Below are positions 16,680 to 24,840 of a DNA stretch of 32,000 nucleotides, one piece after another. The DNA lies in contig DAOPNM010000002.1 in NCBI GenBank assembly GCA_035357435.1, positions 1-32,000 on the forward strand, read 5' to 3'. A program made the position numbers and the translations under genes. The number at the start of each line of letters is the position of its first letter. Positions within the stretch are counted from its first letter, which is position 1. Under the pieces are notes generated by a model that searched no databases, was not told where the DNA came from, and worked only from the letters and a program-made list of their open reading frames with translations. The stretch is from an archaeon. GTDB taxonomy: Archaea; Iainarchaeota; Iainarchaeia; Iainarchaeales; CSSED10-239.

Positions 16680-16897
16680 CCATTTACATAATCATTTAAA
16701 TCATCTAAAAAAGGATCTGTAACTTGATTTGTTTGCTGTTCTATATCTGTCCCTGCTTTTACTTCTTTACGGAGATAACTTATAAGAGCTAATGCCAAAA
16801 TAATAACTGCTAACAATAATAACCCTAAAATAACTATTGTTTCTATAGATGCCTGTGACCTATTCTCTTTTAATAAATCAAATAATCTTGTGCTCAT
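16676..16897 (-). CDS. Small class III signal peptide (archaeal type IV pilin-like) protein, paralog 2
   Basis: NRSQASIETIVILGLLLLAVIILALAL is a basic / small residue / Q-x-S-x-E plus hydrophobic-helix signature. It shares this and a VTDP(F/L) motif with the upstream paralog. Confidence 0.6.
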   Translation of the reverse strand: MSTRLFDLLKENRSQASIETIVILGLLLLAVIILALALISYLRKEVKAGTDIEQQTNQVTDPFLDDLNDYVNG

Positions 16898-16933
16898 ATA
16901 TAAATATACACCATAATATTTATTAATTAAAAA

Positions 16934-17149
16934 CTAATTAAAAAAATTATTATCTCCTTGCTGCTGAGTTATGGCCTCTTTTAAAGGGTCTGTTACAACT
17001 GATTGGGTGTTTTCTAAATCACTTGCTTGATGTACAGATTTATTCAAATTTCCTAAAAAAAATATTGCTAAAACAATAACTGCAAGAAGCAGTAAACCTA
17101 AAATAATTATTGTTTCCACAGACATCTGTGCTTTATTATCCAACATCAT
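16934..17149 (-). CDS. Small class III signal peptide (archaeal type IV pilin-like) protein, paralog 1
   Basis: DNKAQMSVETIIILGLLLLAVIVLAIFF carries the K-A-Q-x-S-x-E prepilin-type signature. It starts 1 nt after the scpA stop. Confidence 0.6.
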   Translation of the reverse strand: MMLDNKAQMSVETIIILGLLLLAVIVLAIFFLGNLNKSVHQASDLENTQSVVTDPLKEAITQQQGDNNFFN

Positions 17150-17150
17150 A

Positions 17151-17816
17151 TTATAAAACCTTTATATAAATATCTGAAAAAAAATCATCTTGCCAAATAT
17201 TTATTTTATTATGCTGATTTAAAAACAATAATGGCACAAATAAAAAATCAATCATTTTCTGTGGATCATCAACTGTTTTTCTTAACTCTGAAAAACAAGT
17301 ACATTTCTCTGAATCTATGTGTGAATAAATAATTGAAAACAAATTATCTATTCTTGTATTAATATCTTCAATAGGTCTAGGAATAAAAAACTCTGTATCT
17401 TTATTTTCTTTAATTTGTCTAGAAATATTTGTTTTTGTAGGGGTATTCATTAATTGCTCAACAATGCCAATTAATTCATCTAAACTTACTTGCCCTTCTT
17501 TTATTCTTAATGGACTTTCTAATTCCATAGAATTTTCAAATAAATTCTCTGAAGGAATGGTTAATTCCTTTGTATCATCTACACTTGTTAACTTTAAAGA
17601 ACTTGCTTTTAATTTAAGAAGGATTGTTGCTGCAACAAGTGCATTTGCGGGAACAATTAAATTTTGCAGTTTTAGAGATTTTATTTTATTTATGTAAAGA
17701 TCAACTAACTTAACAAGATCTACATTCCATACATCAAAATCATTTGATTTAACTAAATCATACAACATAATCTTCCAATCTGCATGATCAATAATATCAA
17801 CCAATCTTTCATCCAC
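17151..17816 (-). CDS. scpA: Segregation and condensation protein A (ScpA, kleisin)
   Basis: WNVDLVKLVDLYINKIKSLK...IVPANALVAATILLKLKASSL matches the ScpA N-terminal pattern, with a winged-helix-like C-terminus. scpB lies in the same operon. Confidence 0.8.
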   Translation of the reverse strand: MDERLVDIIDHADWKIMLYDLVKSNDFDVWNVDLVKLVDLYINKIKSLKLQNLIVPANALVAATILLKLKASSLKLTSVDDTKELTIPSENLFENSMELESPLRIKEGQVSLDELIGIVEQLMNTPTKTNISRQIKENKDTEFFIPRPIEDINTRIDNLFSIIYSHIDSEKCTCFSELRKTVDDPQKMIDFLFVPLLFLNQHNKINIWQDDFFSDIYIKVL

Positions 17817-17818
17817 AC

Positions 17819-18502
17819 TTAATCACCCAAAAGTTTTGCCTTAAAAGATTGTGCATCAATATCACAGGCTTTAATTTTTTTACTTTGCCCTTCAATTAAA
17901 AGTTGAGTATCTTTTTCGAAATGGATAATTATGGGCTCACAAATTAATCTAAAACCAATAGTGCCAGTTTTCAAAAGTTCATCATAAATTAAATCTATAT
18001 TTTCTGCAGGAACCTCAATATCTGTTCCTACTTTCTTACCTTGAATTTTAGTTGCAATTGCCTGAAGATCAATATTTCCAACAACACCAAACCTTAAAAT
18101 AAATGTTTGAATATTAAAAGTACCAATTATTTTTTTCAAAAAACCTTTTGAATTTTTTGTGTCAGGAAAAACATATTTTCTATAAGATCTAAATTGCTCA
18201 AAAAAATCATTCCCTGCATCTAAATTTTTATAAATAGAATCCATTTCTTGGGTAATAGAACCAACAAGTGCGGTCATATCTTTAAATAAAACAATAAGCT
18301 TTCTCTGTTTAATTTCTTGTTCTAATGTATCTTCTACAAAAGAGTATGTAGAACTAATATTTTGTATTTCTTTTAAAGATTTATCAATAGTTTCTAAAAT
18401 TTCATTTAATTGCTTATAATATTCAGTAACTTTATTTTTTTTATACAAATACTTATTTAAAACATCCAATTGTTTTTTTAAATTAGTAATCTCATCTGCC
18501 AT
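17819..18502 (-). CDS. Hypothetical protein with an N-terminal coiled-coil and a C-terminal beta-rich domain; first gene of the scpA operon
   Basis: The ATG at 18502 is preceded by AGGTGGA (the track start at 18511 is a GTG). Heptad-like N-terminal half: EITNLKKQLDVLNKYLYKK...LNEILETIDKSLKEIQ. I see no Walker motifs or any known family. Its stop is 2 nt before scpA. Confidence 0.6.
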   Translation of the reverse strand: MADEITNLKKQLDVLNKYLYKKNKVTEYYKQLNEILETIDKSLKEIQNISSTYSFVEDTLEQEIKQRKLIVLFKDMTALVGSITQEMDSIYKNLDAGNDFFEQFRSYRKYVFPDTKNSKGFLKKIIGTFNIQTFILRFGVVGNIDLQAIATKIQGKKVGTDIEVPAENIDLIYDELLKTGTIGFRLICEPIIIHFEKDTQLLIEGQSKKIKACDIDAQSFKAKLLGD

Positions 18503-18711
18503 AATATCCACCTATTTGTTATTAAAAAAACGTCTACTCTACAAACAAATATAAGAGAAATATATTAATAAAGGTATTGTTTTTGTAATAAATAATTACA
18601 AATATAGTATATTACAATAAAAGAATTGCAAAATAAATTATGAATTAATATTATTAAAAGGCAGAACAAAAAAAGTGTCCAAGAAATAATGCGTTTTTAC
18701 AAAAAAAATAA

Positions 18712-19521
18712 TTATTTTTTTGAAAGACTATCCCACACATCTTGAATAGCTTCCGGACTAAGTTGTTTTATCTTTTTTTTAAAGTATTCTTTAGGGATTT
18801 TATTTACATCTATTTTTTCAAAAAAATCTTTGTTTACATTTTGCCCATATTTTATTTCATTTATTAAATCTTTGTTTGAAAATCTAAAAATAGTTTTAAC
18901 AAAATAATTAAAATTTTGTTCTTGTCTATCCCTTTTAGGCAAAACAGAAACAATTACAGAATCTACATTTGGGATAGGATAAAAATTTTTTCTACTAACA
19001 TTCATTTCTATTTTTGCATTACCATACGTCTGTGTTAAAACACTGATTGCAACATAATTTTTAAATCCAGCATCTGCAACAAGTTTTTCTGCAAACTCTT
19101 TTTGTGTAACAAAAACGCAAGGTTTTGTTGCATTTATTTTATCAATAATGCCATTTGAAATAGAATATGGAATTAGGCCAGTTATTTTTGTAAAATGTAT
19201 TCTTTCTAAATCAACATCTAAAAAATCCCCATTAATAATCTCTAATTTTTCAGAATTTATTTCTTTTTTTAAAATATCACACATCAATTTGTCTTTATCA
19301 ATTGCAATTATTTTTTTTGCATTAGTATTTATTAATTGCTTTGTTAAATTTCCAATTCCAGGGCCTATTTCTAAAATAACATCCTCATTATTTATATTTA
19401 AAAGTGAAATTATTTTTTCAGTAATTTCTTGATTTATAATAAAATATTGATCTTTGCTTTTGTCAGGTTTAAATGAATATTTTAACATTAGTTTATATGT
19501 GTCTTCTATTAACATAATCAT
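18712..19521 (-). CDS. ksgA: 16S rRNA (adenine-N6,N6)-dimethyltransferase KsgA/Dim1
   Basis: KDQYFIINQEITEKII...VILEIGPGIGNLTKQL is the SAM motif. The position after DUF655 is conserved. Confidence 0.9.
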   Translation of the reverse strand: MIMLIEDTYKLMLKYSFKPDKSKDQYFIINQEITEKIISLLNINNEDVILEIGPGIGNLTKQLINTNAKKIIAIDKDKLMCDILKKEINSEKLEIINGDFLDVDLERIHFTKITGLIPYSISNGIIDKINATKPCVFVTQKEFAEKLVADAGFKNYVAISVLTQTYGNAKIEMNVSRKNFYPIPNVDSVIVSVLPKRDRQEQNFNYFVKTIFRFSNKDLINEIKYGQNVNKDFFEKIDVNKIPKEYFKKKIKQLSPEAIQDVWDSLSKK

Positions 19522-19552
19522 TCAATAATAAGTTGTTTTAGTTTTAAAAAAA

Positions 19553-20098
19553 TTATTTTTTATAAAAAATTGGTTTTTTATTATAAAATGGCAAAACAAA
19601 AAAATTATATTTTATATCAGGGTCTTGCTTTATCTCATCTAATATTCTTGTGCAAATAACTTTGACAGGGTCAGGCAACATCTCTATTTTTTCTAAATCT
19701 TCAAAGCTTTTTATTTTCCCATTTTTTTTAATATATTCTAAAATGGCATCCCTATGTTTTTTTCCAATCATTGGTAGAAGATCTAATTGATGCCTTCTTG
19801 CACCCAATGGTTTTGCAGTATTAAAAAAATTAATAAATCTGTCTGGTTTGTTTCTTACAATAAACTCAATTGCTTTTTCTAGTTCAGGTTTTGCTTTTTC
19901 AGAAAGCATATTATAAGAAATTCTTCGTGCAATTAATCCTTCTGTATCAATAATTTCTTGTGGTTGCTTAGGGATATCACTAACTACTTCTAATAATATA
20001 AAATTAGTAGTATTTACACACTGTATGATATTTGATGGTTTACCATTAATTTGTTTACTTTCATTATTCAAAACAATTGCTTCTTTTATCATATTCAT
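19553..20098 (-). CDS. DUF655 / COG1491 nucleic-acid-binding protein (OB fold plus HhH)
   Basis: PLGARRHQLDLLPMIGKKHRDAILEYIKKNGKIKSFEDLEKI matches the family. It fits the conserved L21e-RpoF-DUF655-KsgA order. An ATGA overlap joins it to the rpoF stop. Confidence 0.8.
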   Translation of the reverse strand: MNMIKEAIVLNNESKQINGKPSNIIQCVNTTNFILLEVVSDIPKQPQEIIDTEGLIARRISYNMLSEKAKPELEKAIEFIVRNKPDRFINFFNTAKPLGARRHQLDLLPMIGKKHRDAILEYIKKNGKIKSFEDLEKIEMLPDPVKVICTRILDEIKQDPDIKYNFFVLPFYNKKPIFYKK

Positions 20099-20424
20099 TT
20101 TTCTTTATTATATTTTTCTATAAGCTCAATAATCTTTTGCTTTTGTTCTTCATTAATTTCTTTTTCTTTTTCTAAGATTACATCTAATTCAACATTATTT
20201 GGTAAAATATCAACTAGTTTTGTTGAAAGCTCGTCACTTAATTCTACTTGTGTCATTAATTCTTGTTTCAGTTTTTGTGCATTTGCAAAACTTAATTTTG
20301 AAAAAGATTTTGCATGCTCATAAGCCTCATTTTGTTCAAAAGATAGCTCTTTTTCTTTTGCTTTCTCTGAAAGAATTTTTTTTATTTCTGCTAAAGTTAC
20401 ATCTTCTTTATAAACACTATTCAT
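20095..20424 (-). CDS. rpoF: DNA-directed RNA polymerase subunit Rpo4 (F)
   Basis: VTLAEIKKILSEK...FEQNEAYEHAKSFSKLS...AQKLKQEL...LSDELSTKLVDILP matches Rpo4. The ATG at 20424 is preceded by GGTGA and overlaps the L21e 3' end by 8 nt. Confidence 0.8.
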   Translation of the reverse strand: MNSVYKEDVTLAEIKKILSEKAKEKELSFEQNEAYEHAKSFSKLSFANAQKLKQELMTQVELSDELSTKLVDILPNNVELDVILEKEKEINEEQKQKIIELIEKYNKEK

Positions 20425-20734
20425 CTTTTTCACCACTTTTTATGTTTTTTATATATTTAAGATGAGCCGGACTTACAATGATTTTTTTAACTTTATCCCC
20501 ATCTTTTAATTCTACTATTGGAGTTTTCCCTTGAAATCCAACAACTTTTCCAGTAATTCCATGTAGCCTTTTATGAGGCATTCCTTCATGAATAGAACTG
20601 TTTATGTTTATTTGTACAATCTCTCCAACATCAATTGGTTTAATTAATTCATTTATTGTTGTTTTTTCTCTTATATGTCTTTTTAATTTAGACCTTGTTT
20701 TTGCTCTTTTTCCTTTTGCTTTTTTTCCTGCCAT
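20417..20734 (-). CDS. rpl21e: 50S ribosomal protein L21e
   Basis: GKRAKTRSKLKRH...GEIVQININSSIHEGMPHKRLHGITGKVVG...SPAHLK matches L21e. Confidence 0.9.
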   Translation of the reverse strand: MAGKKAKGKRAKTRSKLKRHIREKTTINELIKPIDVGEIVQININSSIHEGMPHKRLHGITGKVVGFQGKTPIVELKDGDKVKKIIVSPAHLKYIKNIKSGEKDE

Positions 20735-20931
20735 TTTTATTACCTTCTTTTTGTTTTTTTTAATTATTTGCCATAATATATAATATATCGTTAACTTTTA
20801 AAAAGAATTTCTTTTACACAAAATTGTTTTTTTAAAAAAAATAGGTGGATTTTTATTTTTTAATTTATCCCTTTATAAATGTTTTGTTTATATATTATAA
20901 TTATACTAGTTATAATTAAAGAGGTGCAAAC

Positions 20932-21471
20932 ATGTATAAAATAGTAAATTTGGTTGCTGCAAGTAATTTAGGTACTACACTAGATCTATACAATTTAGCT
21001 GCAGCAATACCTGAAATTGAATATGAGCCAGAACAATTTCCTGGGGCAATATTTAAAATAAAAGAACCAAAGGTTTCTTTATTAATATTTAGAAATGGTA
21101 AAATTATAATATCTGGTGCAGCATCAGAAAAAGAAATAGAATTAGGTATAAAAAAAGCAATAAAATATATTGGTGAAATACAAAAAGAAATAAAAAACAA
21201 AAAAACACCAAAATATGAAATTGTAAATTTAGTTGCAACAGCAAATTTAGATAAAAATGTAGATTTATTTCAAGCTGCGATGCAATTTGATGATATTGAG
21301 TATGAACCAGAACAATTTCCTGGGGCAATAATACGATTATATAAACCAAAAATGACAGTGTTATTATTCAAAAATGGAAAACTTATTTGTGCTGGTGCAA
21401 AAACAGAAAATGATATTAAAAAAAGCATAACAGAAGTAAAAAAACTAGTCACAACACTTAAATCTAAATAA
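20932..21471 (+). CDS. tbp: TATA-box binding protein
   Basis: Two direct repeats, each with IVNLVA..NL....DL......EYEPEQFPGAI......K...LLF.NGK......A. AGAGGTG lies upstream of the ATG. Confidence 0.95.
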   Translation: MYKIVNLVAASNLGTTLDLYNLAAAIPEIEYEPEQFPGAIFKIKEPKVSLLIFRNGKIIISGAASEKEIELGIKKAIKYIGEIQKEIKNKKTPKYEIVNLVATANLDKNVDLFQAAMQFDDIEYEPEQFPGAIIRLYKPKMTVLLFKNGKLICAGAKTENDIKKSITEVKKLVTTLKSK

Positions 21472-21483
21472 ACCATATCCCTT

Positions 21484-21491
21484 TTTAAATA
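21484..21491 (+). promoter_or_regulatory. Candidate TATA box for the 5S rRNA gene
   Basis: TTTAAATA is centred about 25 nt upstream of the first base of the 5S terminal helix. TATA-like strings are common in this AT-rich DNA, so support is modest. Confidence 0.4.
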
Positions 21492-21511
21492 TTTTCTTAC
21501 ATATATTACAT

Positions 21512-21627
21512 TGTTAGCGACCATAGAGACAAGGAAACACCTGGTCCCATTTCGAACCCAGAAGTTAAGCTTGCCTTCGGTTTTGTATGCTCTTAGAAAT
21601 CTAGGTGCAACAAAGTAGTTGCTAACA
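21512..21627 (+). rRNA. rrf: 5S ribosomal RNA (stand-alone, not linked to 16S/23S in this window)
   Basis: GCGACCATAGAGACAAGGAAACACCTGGTCCCATTTCGAACCCAGAAGTTAAGC matches the universal 5S core. A 10-bp terminal helix pairs 21512-21521 with 21618-21627, including one G-T pair. The ends are uncertain by a few nt. Confidence 0.85.
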
Positions 21628-21635
21628 TTTAATCT

Positions 21636-21658
21636 TATTTTTCTTTCTTAATTTTTTT
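21636..21658 (+). terminator. T-rich tract downstream of the 5S rRNA
   Basis: TTATTTTTCTTTCTTAATTTTTTT begins about 8 nt after the 5S 3' end. Confidence 0.35.
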
Positions 21659-21826
21659 AATCGTTTTATTTTTTTTAAATTAAAACATCTTTTCTTTAAC
21701 TCTTTTTAATAAATTAGATATTTATTTAAATGTTTTATATTATAATATATAATACATTTTTAAAAATATTAAAAATACAAAACAATTACAACCAAAAAAA
21801 TCAAACACTTATTAAAAAGGGAAAAC

Positions 21827-23773
21827 ATGAGTGACACAGAACAAAAAGAAAATGAGCAAGAAAAATCATTTTTTACAAAAAATAAAATTGCAATTATTTT
21901 AATTTTAATATTTATCCTTGCATTTGGTATAAGAGGGCACCTATTAAAATACCCATACATGTTTGAATTTGATCCATATTGGCACCTTAGAGCAACAGGA
22001 TATGTAATCCAAGGAGATCTTCCAGCAAATGACCCACTTGGTTTTTATGGACAAGGAGGGACATCATATGCAGGACAACCTAAATTTTTATGGTATTTTA
22101 CTGCATTTTTATATTCTGTATTTACATTAGGTGGTGCCTACAACAAATTAATATTAATAGAATTTGGAAGATGGTTGCCTGCAATATTTGGTGCACTAAT
22201 CTGTGTTGGCATCTATTTTTTAGGAAAAGAAATGTACAATAAAAAAACAGGAATTGTAATGGCAATAATTGCTGCAACAATACCTGCATTTGTATATAGA
22301 ACAATGGCTGGCTTTTTTGAAGAAGATTCATTAGGTTTCCTATGGATGGTTATTGGATTTATATTTTTTGTAAAAGCACTAAAAGAAATTAACTCTACAA
22401 AAAAGAATATTATTTACTCAATAATAGCTGCATTTTTCTTTATTCTCATGGCAATGACATGGCAAATGTTTTTATTAATTCCATTGGTATTAATCGCATA
22501 TTTTGTACTTAATCTTATATATATGGGGATAAAACACGATACCAAACAACATTTTAGGCATTTTATAAAAACATTTTTAATAATATTTTTATTATTTACT
22601 GTAATAACAACACTTATTCAAGGGACTGGTTGGATTAAAAATACAACATCATATGTAACAAACTATTTACCAATAAATAAAGAAAATATTGCAAGACTTG
22701 AAAAAACTGCAGTATCAGAAACAGACATACTTGGAGCAACAGTTGGTGAAGAAAATACAGGAAAACAATTCTTTTTACACAAATATAACTTCTTATTGTG
22801 GGTTCCATTTGTAGTACTACCATTAATATTTTTCTATCTCATATTTTCAAAGAAAAAAGATTATTTTGCATTAATTATCTTTTCTTGGTTAGCAATTACT
22901 ACATTTATGGCATGGTCTAAACTTAAATTTACTTACACTTTAGGTATTCCAATTGCATTAGGTGTTGGATATTTATTTTATATATGTTATGAATGGGCAA
23001 AAAAAAGCTCAATAACTATAAAAAGAACAACTACAATATTTTTTATATTCCTAATATTAACCTCAATTGCAGCAGGATCTCACTTTGTTACAACAAACAA
23101 ACCCCCAATAGATGAAGAAATAGATTGGCAAAACACATTATTTTGGATAGATGCAAATACTCCAACAGATGCAAAAATATTTAATTGGTGGGATTATGGA
23201 CACTGGATTACATTTTTTACAGACAGAAAAGCAAGTACGGATAATACCAATTCACATATGGAAGGCGATTCAGACTATGCAATGTTCATTATAACAAACG
23301 ATATGAACACAAACAAAGAAATTTTAAAAAAATATGACACAGACTATTTAATTGCAGATTCTGGTTATTTCACTAGATACAACTCTTTTGCAGCATATGC
23401 CTATGTTACAACAAACTTTTCTGATCCAAAAGTAAGTAAATATATGGGTGTGGTACTTTCATGTACGCCAACAGTAACAGAAAATACAAATCAATTAAAT
23501 TATAATTGTGGGGGAAACATTTTTACAAAAAATGAATTTTTAAAAATCCCTACAACATGGCAATCTCAACCATCTCAAATATTACAAGGAACACCTGTTT
23601 TTGTGTATAGATCTTCAAACAACAATGAATTATATATATTTAATGCAGCAGTAAACAACTCTACATTTGCTAAACTTTGGTTTAATGATCCAAGTGCACA
23701 AGATATTGGGGAATTGGCATATTCTAGTGGAAATGTAAGAGTATATAAAATAAATAAATCAAACTTAGATTAG
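21827..23773 (+). CDS. aglB: Oligosaccharyltransferase AglB (STT3 homolog)
   Basis: Multi-pass N-terminal domain with an acidic first loop (FEFDPYWHLR). The diagnostic WWDYGHW motif is present, followed by a soluble C-terminal domain. Confidence 0.9.
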   Translation: MSDTEQKENEQEKSFFTKNKIAIILILIFILAFGIRGHLLKYPYMFEFDPYWHLRATGYVIQGDLPANDPLGFYGQGGTSYAGQPKFLWYFTAFLYSVFTLGGAYNKLILIEFGRWLPAIFGALICVGIYFLGKEMYNKKTGIVMAIIAATIPAFVYRTMAGFFEEDSLGFLWMVIGFIFFVKALKEINSTKKNIIYSIIAAFFFILMAMTWQMFLLIPLVLIAYFVLNLIYMGIKHDTKQHFRHFIKTFLIIFLLFTVITTLIQGTGWIKNTTSYVTNYLPINKENIARLEKTAVSETDILGATVGEENTGKQFFLHKYNFLLWVPFVVLPLIFFYLIFSKKKDYFALIIFSWLAITTFMAWSKLKFTYTLGIPIALGVGYLFYICYEWAKKSSITIKRTTTIFFIFLILTSIAAGSHFVTTNKPPIDEEIDWQNTLFWIDANTPTDAKIFNWWDYGHWITFFTDRKASTDNTNSHMEGDSDYAMFIITNDMNTNKEILKKYDTDYLIADSGYFTRYNSFAAYAYVTTNFSDPKVSKYMGVVLSCTPTVTENTNQLNYNCGGNIFTKNEFLKIPTTWQSQPSQILQGTPVFVYRSSNNNELYIFNAAVNNSTFAKLWFNDPSAQDIGELAYSSGNVRVYKINKSNLD

Positions 23774-23783
23774 AAGAAAAACT

Positions 23784-24764
23784 ATGATAAACACAATATT
23801 ATTATATCTAATTTCTATAATTTTTGCAACATTTATATGCATATTAATTACACCTAACTTTATATCTTTAATGAAACAAAGAGGATTTGTTGGGAAAGAT
23901 ATGAATAAACTGCACAAACCACTTGTTGCAGAACTAGGGGGTATTCCTGTATTTGTTTCGTTTGTATTAAGTTCCTTTTTTTGTATACTTTTTTCATTAA
24001 ATATAATCGATTATAGTTTATTTCTTTTACTTATACTAATGATGACAATAATATTTATTATTGGAATTCTTGATGATGCATTAGGGTGGAAAAAAGGAAT
24101 TAATCAATGGCAACATTTTATTTTGCCTTTACTTTTCTCTATACCTGTTATTATTTATGCAATTAGTCAAAATTTCAATTCAATATACATTCCATTTTTA
24201 GGAACATTAAATGTTGGCTATATATATGCAATTATATTAGTGCCAATAGCAATCACAGCAACAACAAATGCATTTAATCTATTAGCAGGATTTAATGGTA
24301 TGGAAGCAGGAATGTCTATAATTATTTTTATAACTATATCTATATTTGCTTTATTTAAAGGAAACATAACATTATTGCTTATATTAGGAGCGTGGATTGG
24401 TGCACTTATTGGAATTTATAAATACAACAAATATCCTGCAAAAATATTTTTAGGAGATGGTGTAACATTAGTTAGTGGTGTATTAATTGGGATGTCTGCA
24501 ATTGTTTTAAAATTAGAATGGCTCATTGCATTTATTTATATACTTTACATAATTGAATTCATAATAAAAGCATCACACAACTTCAAACCAGAATGCTTTG
24601 GAGTTCCTCAAAAAGATGGAACATTGGCCCCAAAACCAACAGGAGGGTCATTAACACATATAGTTATGAAAAAAGGCAGATTTACAGAAAAACAAGTAGT
24701 ACATATATTTTATATATTACAAACAATAATTTGTGGGATTGCTCTTATATTCTTCTTTTTTTAA
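23784..24764 (+). CDS. aglH: Dolichyl-phosphate HexNAc-1-phosphate transferase (MraY/WecA/GPT family, AglH-like)
   Basis: Multi-pass membrane protein with ILDDALG and NAFNLLAGFNGMEAG motifs. It starts 10 nt after aglB. Confidence 0.85.
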   Translation: MINTILLYLISIIFATFICILITPNFISLMKQRGFVGKDMNKLHKPLVAELGGIPVFVSFVLSSFFCILFSLNIIDYSLFLLLILMMTIIFIIGILDDALGWKKGINQWQHFILPLLFSIPVIIYAISQNFNSIYIPFLGTLNVGYIYAIILVPIAITATTNAFNLLAGFNGMEAGMSIIIFITISIFALFKGNITLLLILGAWIGALIGIYKYNKYPAKIFLGDGVTLVSGVLIGMSAIVLKLEWLIAFIYILYIIEFIIKASHNFKPECFGVPQKDGTLAPKPTGGSLTHIVMKKGRFTEKQVVHIFYILQTIICGIALIFFFF

Positions 24765-24840
24765 ATTTAAATTGTATAATTGTTTACAATTACCTTTTTA
24801 AACATTATATTTCTAATAATTGTAACTATAAAACAAAAAA

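Noticed and set aside
21270-21524. An 84-aa minus-strand ORF, plus the other antisense ORFs across tbp (20916-21200 and 21104-21349).
   Set aside because: They lie opposite the well-supported TBP gene and the 5' end of the 5S rRNA. They are low-complexity and have no SD.
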